Source: a virus
Lineage: Duplodnaviria; Caudoviricetes
Strand: one strand, 5' to 3'
DNA: 64,000 nucleotides
Virus record (IMG/VR): IMGVR_UViG_3300031413_000603
Coordinates: 12,150-76,149 of that record
The position numbers and the translations under genes are program-made. The notes under the pieces were generated by a model. The model searched no databases, had not been told where the DNA came from, and worked only from the letters and a program-made list of their open reading frames with translations. Shown piece after piece: positions 56,206-64,000 of this stretch; within the stretch, counting starts at the first letter, position 1, and every line of letters starts with the position of its first letter.

Positions 56206-56574
56206 ATATAGTTCTTTGAAATTAAATGAAAAAAGTACGTTACCCCTCACCTCCCCTCAAGCTGAGGGGTCCTGAGGGGTGCTTTTTTCGGCCAAAAAAA
56301 AGATGATTCAGTCATCGACAAATCAACCACTGAGTCAGCCATGAACAACTTCACTTCCAACGCCTTCCACACCAGCGCCAAGACCAGCATCTCTACCAAC
56401 ATGGATGCCGATACAGGAGCGCAGACACGCCGGCTCACCACATCTACGATTGAGATGTTCTGGCGCGACGGGTTGCTGGTGATAAAGGGGAAGGCATCGG
56501 CGATTACGCTGCCGGTGAGGGAGACGGTTGGGCGTGGCCGGATGGCTAGCAAGCGTGCGGCGCGATGAGGACAC

Positions 56575-56835
56575 TTAGTCACGACCGGCCTCCAGTGGCT
56601 CAGCCAGTTCTGGCCAAATCTCTTGCCAATCGTTCGGACGAAGTTCTTTGCGCGTGGCTACGCCGCGTGACTCCGCCAACGGTGCAAGGCGAATTAGCTT
56701 GTCGCTAGGGATACGCAGCACACAACGTCCATCCCTCCATGCGGAGACAGAGGGGGACTTGATGCCTAGAAGCGTGGCAACTGCGCCTGTTCCTCCAAGC
56801 GCATCCACAAATTGGGTAGCGGTCATAGTGATCAT
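56575..56835 (-). CDS. cro: Cro-like (YdaS-type) repressor
   Basis: ALGGTGAVATLLGIKSPSVSAW; ELRPNDWQEIWPEL. Confidence 0.88.
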   Translation of the reverse strand: MITMTATQFVDALGGTGAVATLLGIKSPSVSAWRDGRCVLRIPSDKLIRLAPLAESRGVATRKELRPNDWQEIWPELAEPLEAGRD

Positions 56836-56850
56836 ATGGCCTCCATTATT

Positions 56851-56910
56851 TAGGAGTTGCTAATGATCGTCAATAGCCACTCCTAACGACATACCGATTA
56901 GCATCTCCTT
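56851..56910. promoter_or_regulatory. OR-like operators
   Basis: TAGGAGTTGCTA 56851, TAGCCACTCCTA 56874, TAGCATCTCCTT 56899. Confidence 0.8.
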
Positions 56911-57621
56911 ATGACTCTCGCTGACCGACTTATTGCCGCCCTGGCGCACGCCAAAATTAGCCAAGCTGAGCTAGCACGACGCTGTGGTGTGAGCGCTCCC
57001 AGCGTTAACGGCTGGCTTAGCGGGAGGGCAAAATTCTTGCGCGGTGAAAACCTGTTGAGCGCTGCCCAAGCCCTTGGTGTGAACCAGCAATGGCTGGCTA
57101 ATGGTGAAGGCCCAATGCTTCCCTTGGATCCAAAGTCCCAGAACGAATTGGTCGGTCTGCCGTCGCTATCTCCAACTCCCCAGCCGGGTGAAATGGCAGT
57201 AGACATTCCACTGCTCGCAAACGCTGGGAGCATGGGCCCGGGAACTGACGTTGAGCACGATGATGTGATCATCGGGGCACTCAGGTTATCGTCAGAATGG
57301 GTCCAGAAGCGCATCCGCCCTACATCCTTAGCGGCGCTTAGCTTTATCCACGCCTATGGTGACTCTATGAGTCCCACTTTTGAGGATGGCGACATTCTTC
57401 TGGTGGACACGGGCCGCAAGGATCCCTCCATGGCGGATGGTGTTTATGTCCTGGGAACCCACAAGAGAGTCTTCATCAAGCGAGTCAGCGAGCGGTTTGA
57501 CGGCTCCAGGATGGTATCCAGCGACAACAAAAACGTACCCCTTGTCCAGGAGCTAAATGGAGACAGTGAAATCGAGGTGCTCGGTCGTGTGGTGTGGGCT
57601 TGGAATGGGCGAAAACTTTAG
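56911..57621 (+). CDS. cI: CI-like repressor (HTH plus S24 autopeptidase)
   Basis: SQAELARRCGVSAPSVNGW; NAG cleavage site; GDSMSP; FIKRV. Confidence 0.95.
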   Translation: MTLADRLIAALAHAKISQAELARRCGVSAPSVNGWLSGRAKFLRGENLLSAAQALGVNQQWLANGEGPMLPLDPKSQNELVGLPSLSPTPQPGEMAVDIPLLANAGSMGPGTDVEHDDVIIGALRLSSEWVQKRIRPTSLAALSFIHAYGDSMSPTFEDGDILLVDTGRKDPSMADGVYVLGTHKRVFIKRVSERFDGSRMVSSDNKNVPLVQELNGDSEIEVLGRVVWAWNGRKL

Positions 57622-57672
57622 ATCGCATCGGGACTGGGCCTCTACTTACCGCCTCCCAACCGAGCTCAAGCG

Positions 57673-57696
57673 AACCGCCCTATGAGGCGGTTTTTT
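57673..57696 (+). terminator. Terminator after cI
   Basis: AACCGCC-CTATGA-GGCGGTTTTTT. Confidence 0.8.
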
Positions 57697-57737
57697 CACG
57701 TCCATGAACCACGGAGACAAAAAAATATTCAGAAAGT

Positions 57738-57778
57738 TAGCCACTCCTATTGACATATAGATTAGCCACTCCTAACAT
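57738..57778 (+). promoter_or_regulatory. PL/OL: sigma70 promoter overlapped by two operators
   Basis: TTGACA 57750-57755, 17-bp spacer, TAACAT 57773-57778; TAGCCACTCCTA at 57738 and 57763. Confidence 0.88.
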
Positions 57779-57806
57779 GAAGGCTCTTATTTACCTAAGG
57801 ACCGAC

Positions 57807-58271
57807 ATGCAAACCCCCTCTCCCGCTGTACTCACCTCCATCACCGGTGACGGCCCAATGATGACGCTCGACCTGGCAAAGGTCCCCGCCTCTGCTATTG
57901 GAGCTCTGGTGGCCGCGGCCACGGTCGTGATGCTCGACTGGGACAATTTGGATCTCATCGCCGTCGTGGGCTCTGCCGCCGCAAACGATATGGATAACCT
58001 GACCTCTGCACTGGAACTGCTGAACGGGTTGTACCAGGAGACGATTCCCAGCCGCGAGGTCATCGTCAACTGCGGCTATGGCAGCGCCTGCGACCCGCTT
58101 GGCTACCTGGTCATTCGCAACGATGCCCCGACCTTCGTGCCAGCGCAAGAACTCACCGAAGTGGAGAAGGTCGCCACCCGACGCTGGCTCCAGCATTGCG
58201 CACAACGTGCGCAAGAGAGTGCCGAGAGCTTCACCGGCCGTCTGGCTCAATTCGAACGGGAGTCCGTATGA
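57807..58271 (+). CDS. Early hypothetical protein
   Basis: First ORF after PL, AAGGA RBS. Confidence 0.65.
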   Translation: MQTPSPAVLTSITGDGPMMTLDLAKVPASAIGALVAAATVVMLDWDNLDLIAVVGSAAANDMDNLTSALELLNGLYQETIPSREVIVNCGYGSACDPLGYLVIRNDAPTFVPAQELTEVEKVATRRWLQHCAQRAQESAESFTGRLAQFERESV

Positions 58272-58849
58272 CCAAGGGCGTAACGTTGGCCAAGCGTGGC
58301 TTGTGCGAGTTCTGCCAGGGTCAAACCTCCCATGGCCCTTGGACCGACGCGCAGATGCAAGAGGTTTGCCATGAAATCGGCATCGATCCGGTAGCTTTCG
58401 GCGATACCTGCGATGACTGTTTTGTCACCGGGGTAGGCCGGAAGGATGCGGTTTACGCCCAGTCGCTCGTCAAACGCCCCTTGGAAGTGAGAAACACGGA
58501 GTATCAGCGCCAATTGAAATTCATGGCTGCTGGCTTGGCCCTGCAGGCTTTCCGCGACAAGTATCCAGACAGCTATCGCCAACGGCGCGAAGAATCCGCG
58601 CATCTCTTCCAAGAGCTGATGGAGCATGCGCCTCCCGAGGTGCTGGAGCAGTTCAGGGCGAAGGCAAAGGAGCTTGATCTGTTGCCCGAGACAAAGTTTG
58701 TCGATGACAACGGGCGCCCTCTTTACACATCCGTCCAGATCGCAACGAAGCTGGGGATGTCAGTCGAGGATGTGGAAAAAGACATCCGAGAAAACCTGGG
58801 CGAAAAGTTGGAAGCCCGCCCGGTTGGCCGGATCCATCAGGTCCATTGA
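58268..58849 (+). CDS. Early protein with CxxC...CxxC and a C-terminal HTH
   Basis: CEFC...CDDC; YTSVQIATKLGMSVEDV. Confidence 0.6.
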   Translation: MTKGVTLAKRGLCEFCQGQTSHGPWTDAQMQEVCHEIGIDPVAFGDTCDDCFVTGVGRKDAVYAQSLVKRPLEVRNTEYQRQLKFMAAGLALQAFRDKYPDSYRQRREESAHLFQELMEHAPPEVLEQFRAKAKELDLLPETKFVDDNGRPLYTSVQIATKLGMSVEDVEKDIRENLGEKLEARPVGRIHQVH

Positions 58850-58882
58850 GGCTCAGCCAAGCCACCGAAAAAGGAAAACAGA

Positions 58883-59161
58883 ATGAAATCAGCACTGACG
58901 CCTATCCACTGGGAATGCTATGCGGCGGAGAACGGAAAACCCAGCGAGAGCGCCCGGGTTGTCGACCTCCGCACCCTCCCAGAAGATGTCAAGGTCGCCA
59001 TCATCCAGGCAGCGCTGAATGTCAGCTTCCGCTTCTCCAATGGGCAATTCGACGTCGTCCAGGAAGATTCCGAAGAGGATGCAGCCCTTGCCGACTTGGC
59101 TTGCGCTGTGGAGGGTATCCGCCCGCATATGCACGATGTGGCGCTGAAACACTGCCCGTAA
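58883..59161 (+). CDS. Early hypothetical protein
   Basis: 92 aa, AAGGA RBS. Confidence 0.6.
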   Translation: MKSALTPIHWECYAAENGKPSESARVVDLRTLPEDVKVAIIQAALNVSFRFSNGQFDVVQEDSEEDAALADLACAVEGIRPHMHDVALKHCP

Positions 59162-59172
59162 GGAAGAGCGAC

Positions 59173-59922
59173 ATGAATGAGCTCATACCTGTATCGCCGG
59201 ACCTGATCGGCACCGACACAACCCTGTCAGCAAATGCGCGGGATCTCCATGAGTTCCTCGCCGTGGATACCGATTTCAAGGACTGGATGCCTCGCCGCAT
59301 CGAAGAATACGCATTCGAAGAGGGCAAAGACTTTCGCTCATTTTTGGGCGAAAGTACCGGAGGCCGTCCGCCAAAGGAATACATGCTCAGCCTGGACATG
59401 GCCAAGCAGCTGGCAATGGTCGAACGCACGCCCAAGGGCAAGATGGCCCGTCAGTATTTCATCGACTGTGAACGGCGCGCTATGGCTGGCGTGCTGGCTA
59501 TCCCCACCTCAATGCCGGAGGCGCTGCGCCTAGCTGCCGACCTGGCAGAGCAGAAGCTTATTGCGGAAGCGGAGCGGGACGAAGCCATCCGAACCAAGGC
59601 CCAGATCGGGAACAAGCGTGAGGCGACTGCCATGGCGACCGCCTCAGCAGCGACACGCGAGGCCAACCGCCTCAAGGCCGAACTGGGATTCAACGCGAAG
59701 CACGCGACCATCGGCGCCGTTGAAAACGCCAAGAGCATCAGCCTTCCTAAGTCGGCTTTCGTTGACCTGCGCCGCGCCACAAAGCGGCATGCCTTGGAAG
59801 CGCCTAGCGTGCCGGACAAACGCTGGGGCAAGGTCCGCGCATGGCCGGCCGTCGCCTGGCTGGAGTGCTTCGATATCGATTTGCAGGAGCTGTTTCCTGC
59901 GCCCTGCGGAGAACCCGCGTGA
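59173..59922 (+). CDS. AntA/AntB-type antirepressor
   Basis: NARDLHEFL...FKDWM.RRIEEY.F.EG.DF; LSLDMAKQLAMVERT.KGK.ARQYFI. Confidence 0.9.
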   Translation: MNELIPVSPDLIGTDTTLSANARDLHEFLAVDTDFKDWMPRRIEEYAFEEGKDFRSFLGESTGGRPPKEYMLSLDMAKQLAMVERTPKGKMARQYFIDCERRAMAGVLAIPTSMPEALRLAADLAEQKLIAEAERDEAIRTKAQIGNKREATAMATASAATREANRLKAELGFNAKHATIGAVENAKSISLPKSAFVDLRRATKRHALEAPSVPDKRWGKVRAWPAVAWLECFDIDLQELFPAPCGEPA

Positions 59923-59998
59923 ATACAAAAGGCGAAACCCCTGAGCAGGTGAGAGCGCTCAAGGGTTTCTAGACCCGAACCCTTACCAGGAACGAACC

Positions 59999-60808
59999 AT
60001 GGAAGCAATTATCTCGCGTCCAAAGACGGACGCCAAGCAGAGCCCTACGCGCAAGCAGGCAAAGCACAGCGAGCCAGTGCCAGCGCGCCCAACTGAGGCC
60101 GAGAGCCTGCAGACGGAAGCTCTGCATATCCTCCACTACCTGTGCAGAGAGCTGTCCGAGACGGAACTCAGTTTGATACCCCATGCGAAGGCCGAGGCAA
60201 TCGAATGCGACACGGTGATCTTCAATCTAGTGAACCCTGAAGAATCGGATAGCCCTCAAATCGGCACCTTGGAAAGCCTGGTGATGCTGCGTCAGTGCGT
60301 GCAAAACACTTTCGCATGTCTTGAGGATGCTTCTGGCCCGAATGTGCCGGCGGCTGCAGCTTCTGCCGCCTTGCTGGAGTTCATCGACACACTCGCGGCA
60401 AGATTGCACACAGCAATTGCAGGCTTGCCAGGCACCCTGGAAGATCTCCGAGCATTAACCACTTTCGCTGGCATCAAAACCTTCCGCGACCGGCCTATAC
60501 CGCCAATCCAGCCGACAACTGCGCCCGCACACCAGCCCACTCATGAGACTGGCGAGGTGGGTACACAGCTTGCTCTGCGGTGCACTTGGGACATCGATGC
60601 ACTTGCTTGTGAGATCGCTAAGCTCGCCGGCAGGGTGCGCGAATATGACCCCCTGCCTTTGGAAAGTGTGTTGCTCTGCTACAGCCATCGTATGCAAGCT
60701 CTCAACAACCTGGTCATGGCACACCTCGACCAGGACGGCACGACCGCTGGCGAAATGCATAAGGGACTTTTCTTTGGCTCACGCGCCTTCACAGGAGAAG
60801 AGCAATGA
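59999..60808 (+). CDS. Early hypothetical protein
   Basis: 269 aa ORF, operon-coupled. Confidence 0.65.
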   Translation: MEAIISRPKTDAKQSPTRKQAKHSEPVPARPTEAESLQTEALHILHYLCRELSETELSLIPHAKAEAIECDTVIFNLVNPEESDSPQIGTLESLVMLRQCVQNTFACLEDASGPNVPAAAASAALLEFIDTLAARLHTAIAGLPGTLEDLRALTTFAGIKTFRDRPIPPIQPTTAPAHQPTHETGEVGTQLALRCTWDIDALACEIAKLAGRVREYDPLPLESVLLCYSHRMQALNNLVMAHLDQDGTTAGEMHKGLFFGSRAFTGEEQ

Positions 60809-61290
60809 ACGCCGTACTGGAAAAGCCCGCAAGGAAGATTCGCGCTCCAAAGGCTGCACCAGCGCCTGAAGTGAATGCACGAGCGGCATCGGTTGAGCAG
60901 ACCCTGAATCTAGCGGCAGCCGTTGCACCGGAAGTGGCTTCCAAGCAGTTCTCCAAGGAACAACTGAAGAAGCTTCACTGGGAAGCGTTCGGGTGCATGA
61001 CGAACGCATTCTCTGTCCTTCTTCACTACGCCCAACACGCCGAGGATTCAGCAGTTTTCGCCATGCGAGACCTATTGGAGGTCTATCTAGCCGAGGCTGA
61101 GCCGAGCTTTAATAAAGATGGGGATGTTCATGATCACCTCTCCGATATTTCGGTTGACCTCTCAAAGATTCTCGCATTGGTTGACGCGCATGCGATGAGC
61201 AACGACGACACCGTGATGCATGGGATCGCCGACCTTCTCTCTTGCGCTCAGCGGATCGCCGGTGGTGACAAGGGGGTGCTTGATGCCTGA
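60805..61290 (+). CDS. Early hypothetical protein
   Basis: 161 aa, ATGA overlap. Confidence 0.65.
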   Translation: MNAVLEKPARKIRAPKAAPAPEVNARAASVEQTLNLAAAVAPEVASKQFSKEQLKKLHWEAFGCMTNAFSVLLHYAQHAEDSAVFAMRDLLEVYLAEAEPSFNKDGDVHDHLSDISVDLSKILALVDAHAMSNDDTVMHGIADLLSCAQRIAGGDKGVLDA

Positions 61291-61567
61291 ACTGAACAAT
61301 ACCAAAGAGGCCCAGGACGCAGTCAAGGCCTGCGAGTACGCGCACCTGTACCTTCAAGTACTGGGCGACGTGCTCCGCGGCTATGAGCGCTATTTGCCCG
61401 CGGCGCAGATTGAAGAAATCACTCGTCTGCGAAATGCGATGTGGAATGAGATCGCAGCTGCCAAGCATGTTGTTTTGCCCAAGAGCGACGAGGCGTTTCT
61501 TCAGTTCAAGGCGAAGGTGGCTAAGAAACCGCGCAAAAACTCTCGCCTGTACAAGGAGATGCTATGA
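61283..61567 (+). CDS. Early hypothetical protein
   Basis: 94 aa, overlaps neighbours. Confidence 0.6.
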   Translation: MPELNNTKEAQDAVKACEYAHLYLQVLGDVLRGYERYLPAAQIEEITRLRNAMWNEIAAAKHVVLPKSDEAFLQFKAKVAKKPRKNSRLYKEML

Positions 61568-61968
61568 CCAACAGGACAGACGCCGCCGTAGCAACGCTGG
61601 AGAACCTCGGCTACACCCATGAGGGCGGCATGCTCTGGAAACCGCCGCTGGGAAAAGCGCCCGACTTCAATCTGCTGGATACCTTGCACGCCCGCATCGC
61701 CTCCCTGGAGGGCCAGCTCATCACCCAAACGAATCGCGCCGTGGCGGCCGAGCAGCTACTCGCGCTGCGCGCCATGCCTACTTGGGAGCCGACATTTGAT
61801 GCGATGGTGCCTGGTCAGGAGGATCTGGTGATGCAGTTCTGTATGGAGATCGCGGGCCCCAAAGGAACGCCAGGACGCTTGCCCGATCCAGTCCGCCTGA
61901 TGGAAATGGCCGAGGCGCTGTACCAGATTGAGCGAGCGCACGCTACTGCAGAAATCATTGAGGGATAA
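61564..61968 (+). CDS. Early hypothetical protein
   Basis: 134 aa, GGAG RBS. Confidence 0.65.
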   Translation: MTNRTDAAVATLENLGYTHEGGMLWKPPLGKAPDFNLLDTLHARIASLEGQLITQTNRAVAAEQLLALRAMPTWEPTFDAMVPGQEDLVMQFCMEIAGPKGTPGRLPDPVRLMEMAEALYQIERAHATAEIIEG

Positions 61969-61970
61969 GC

Positions 61971-62306
61971 ATGAGCAAAAACCTAATCCTGGCCGGGGAC
62001 AGCAACATCCCCGCCCTACCGATGACCGAGGCCCAGGTAAACCACCTGCGCCGGCTGCTGGCCTGGCTGCGCTGCGAGTACATGCTGGATGAAGACATGC
62101 AGCGCGGATTTATCAGCGGCGCGGCCCTCTCCGTTCAGCATGGTTGCTCAACGCCTGAGCGCGCTGGCGAGATCCTGCAGCAGCAGGCCGACAAGATCAA
62201 CCAGGTGCCCGCATACATTCGCCAGGGCCACAAGATGCTCAGCAAGGCCTTGCTGGAGCATGACAAGAGATCCGGAATCGTGGAGGCAACTGATGACCTT
62301 TCCTGA
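61971..62306 (+). CDS. Early hypothetical protein
   Basis: 111 aa, GAGG RBS. Confidence 0.65.
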   Translation: MSKNLILAGDSNIPALPMTEAQVNHLRRLLAWLRCEYMLDEDMQRGFISGAALSVQHGCSTPERAGEILQQQADKINQVPAYIRQGHKMLSKALLEHDKRSGIVEATDDLS

Positions 62307-62643
62307 TTCAACGCGCGAAGTCTTTGAGAGGAACTACGCCCCTTGCATGTCGGCTGAAGATTCAGCCCTCATATTTCGACGATGGCAAAACGGCCGCTAC
62401 TTCGAAAGCGAAGTACAGGTGCGTTATGAGGGCTGGCAAGCAGCGATGGAGCACATTCAGGCCGGCTGCCGCGGTGGCGCAATCCACCTTGAGACGGCGG
62501 AAACCCGCATGGATGCAGGGCCCGCCGTGGTGGCCGACAGGTGTTGGTCAAAAGAAAACCTGCAGGCCATGCCGGTGAGCGAGAAACCTGCAGGTGCTGC
62601 AGGGGTTCCAAAGATTGCTGGGAAAAAGGGAGACCAACCATGA
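62293..62643 (+). CDS. Early hypothetical protein
   Basis: 116 aa, GGAGG RBS. Confidence 0.55.
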   Translation: MTFPDSTREVFERNYAPCMSAEDSALIFRRWQNGRYFESEVQVRYEGWQAAMEHIQAGCRGGAIHLETAETRMDAGPAVVADRCWSKENLQAMPVSEKPAGAAGVPKIAGKKGDQP

Positions 62644-62849
62644 TGATGGAAGCTCCAGTTCAAGTAGCACCAGCGCGATACGTCACGATCAAGCTGGCTG
62701 CAAGCATTACCGGATTAACCGTGAAAGCTATTGAGCGAAAGATTGCCCGAGGGGTATGGCTCCTCGGCAAGCACTACAAAAAAGCCGATGGCGGCATTTT
62801 TATTGATATGAAAGAAATAGAGCAATGGGTCGCGAAGGCAACGGCGTAG
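62640..62849 (+). CDS. xis: Excisionase
   Basis: RYVTIKLAASITGLTVKAIERKI..GVW..G.HY.K; directly before integrase. Confidence 0.88.
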   Translation: MMMEAPVQVAPARYVTIKLAASITGLTVKAIERKIARGVWLLGKHYKKADGGIFIDMKEIEQWVAKATA

Positions 62850-64000
62850 AGCTGCGAGAAAAGTCCATCCGAGTGAGCTTTACGCTCGATGGAGTGCGGC
62901 AACGCATAACTCTCGAGATCCCCCCCACCCCGATCAATGAGCGGTATGCGGCAAAGCTGGTAGTCCGAGTCCGCAAAGCAATTGCTGATGGGTCGTTTGA
63001 GTGGAAGGAATATTTCCCAAACTCCGCGCAAGCAAAGGCAAAGCAACCTGCACATACGTTTGGCGGGTGGTGTGATTTATGGTTCGATACCAAGGGCCGG
63101 TTGTCCAAGAGCACTCTGAACCAGTATCGAAACGCCTTGATCGTTTGGAAAGCCTTACTTGGGGCGGATACTCCAATGGATCAGGTCTCGCATGCAGTGG
63201 TAGCAGCCACCGTCGGCAAGACCCCATGGAAATCAGCGAAGCTTCTGAACAACTATTTGATTTGCCTGCGAGGAGTATTTGCTCTGGCTGGTCGCAGCCT
63301 CAAGATGGATAACCCCATGGAGGGGATCGAGAACAGCAGGCACCAGATCCCGCCGCCAGACCCTCTTTCCACTTTTGAGATGGAAAGAGTGCTTTCACAC
63401 CTGAAAGAAAGATTCGACGTCCGGGCCTGGGCGTATTTTGAATTCGCTTTCATGACCGGAATGCGGCCAGAAGAGTTAATCGAACTTCGCTGGGGTGATG
63501 TGGACTGGGCAAGCTCATCCATCCGCGTAGAGCGCGCCAGGACTTCGGGCGAGGTGAAGCCGCTCAAAACATACAACTCCCGCGATGTCGACCTCGTCAG
63601 CCGTGCCCTCGGCGCGCTTGAGGCCATGAAGACCTGGACGATGCTGGGCGGGGTTGACCATCTTGATGGCGAGCAAGGCCGCCGGATCTTTGAGAACCCA
63701 GGGACCAATAAGCCTTGGCACGATGAACGCAGCCAGCGGGACACGTATTGGCGCCCCGCCCTTCGGGCGACCGGCATCCGGTGGCGCCGGCCGTACCAGA
63801 CGCGACACACCTACGCCACCAACGCACTAAGCGCTGGCGTGAACCCCACCTACATTGCCAGACAGATGGGGCACAAGAACGCGAAGATGCTTTTCACCGT
63901 CTATGCCAAATGGATTGACGGGTCGGATCGTGGGCGGGAGAAGGCGAAGCTGGAGCTGCTGCTCGGAAATGAAAAAACCGCCCTAAAAAAGGCGGTTTGA
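62825..64000 (+). CDS. int: Tyrosine integrase with arm-binding domain
   Basis: TGMRPEEL (catalytic R); PYQTRHTYA (usual H-x-x-R reads YQTR); QMGH; YAKW; stop at 64000. Confidence 0.97.
   Translation: MGREGNGVELREKSIRVSFTLDGVRQRITLEIPPTPINERYAAKLVVRVRKAIADGSFEWKEYFPNSAQAKAKQPAHTFGGWCDLWFDTKGRLSKSTLNQYRNALIVWKALLGADTPMDQVSHAVVAATVGKTPWKSAKLLNNYLICLRGVFALAGRSLKMDNPMEGIENSRHQIPPPDPLSTFEMERVLSHLKERFDVRAWAYFEFAFMTGMRPEELIELRWGDVDWASSSIRVERARTSGEVKPLKTYNSRDVDLVSRALGALEAMKTWTMLGGVDHLDGEQGRRIFENPGTNKPWHDERSQRDTYWRPALRATGIRWRRPYQTRHTYATNALSAGVNPTYIARQMGHKNAKMLFTVYAKWIDGSDRGREKAKLELLLGNEKTALKKAV

Larger units (their letters stand above)
29648..64000. mobile_element. tRNA-integrated prophage-like element with podovirus-type head module; no recognisable tail or lysis genes
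   Basis: att fragment at left; int/xis at right; cI/cro/cII, replication, terminase, portal, capsid and ejection genes in between. Confidence 0.92.

Noticed and set aside
56247-56582. Overlapping ORFs between cro and cII (56247-56582 minus, 56341-56568 plus)
   Set aside because: Neither has a recognisable motif and I cannot decide which, if either, is real.

Overview
Betaproteobacterial DNA, probably Comamonadaceae (inferred from codon style, gene content and the CTGT-N8-ACAG LexA box). It holds two prophage-like elements separated by about 4.8 kb of host genes. (1) 1-24873 is the right part of a transposable B3/BcepMu-type prophage. Head, neck, tail-tube and lysis genes run leftward. A central S24-type repressor faces ner, A and B, followed by early genes and Mor. 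Three copies of an 18-bp late-promoter palindrome are present, and the probable right end (...GATCA) lies inside the 3' end of a lipocalin gene. (2) 24874-29647 is host DNA: lipocalin, MgtC-family, CsbD, a stand-alone RNAP alphaCTD-like gene and a serine hydrolase. (3) 29648 to beyond 64000 is an element of about 34.5 kb, bounded by a 24-bp tRNA 3'-end att duplication and ending in xis/int. It has lambdoid immunity and replication genes and a complete podovirus-like head, packaging and ejection-protein module. I can find no tail nozzle, fibre or spike gene and no lysis gene, so it is either a capsid-forming satellite or a cleanly deleted prophage. Its left arm carries a HEPN gene, a Cys-His-Asp gene, a LexA-boxed operon, helically phased direct repeats and a dense cluster of AT-cored palindromes. 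All family assignments come from motif recognition and synteny by eye; no database searches were run.
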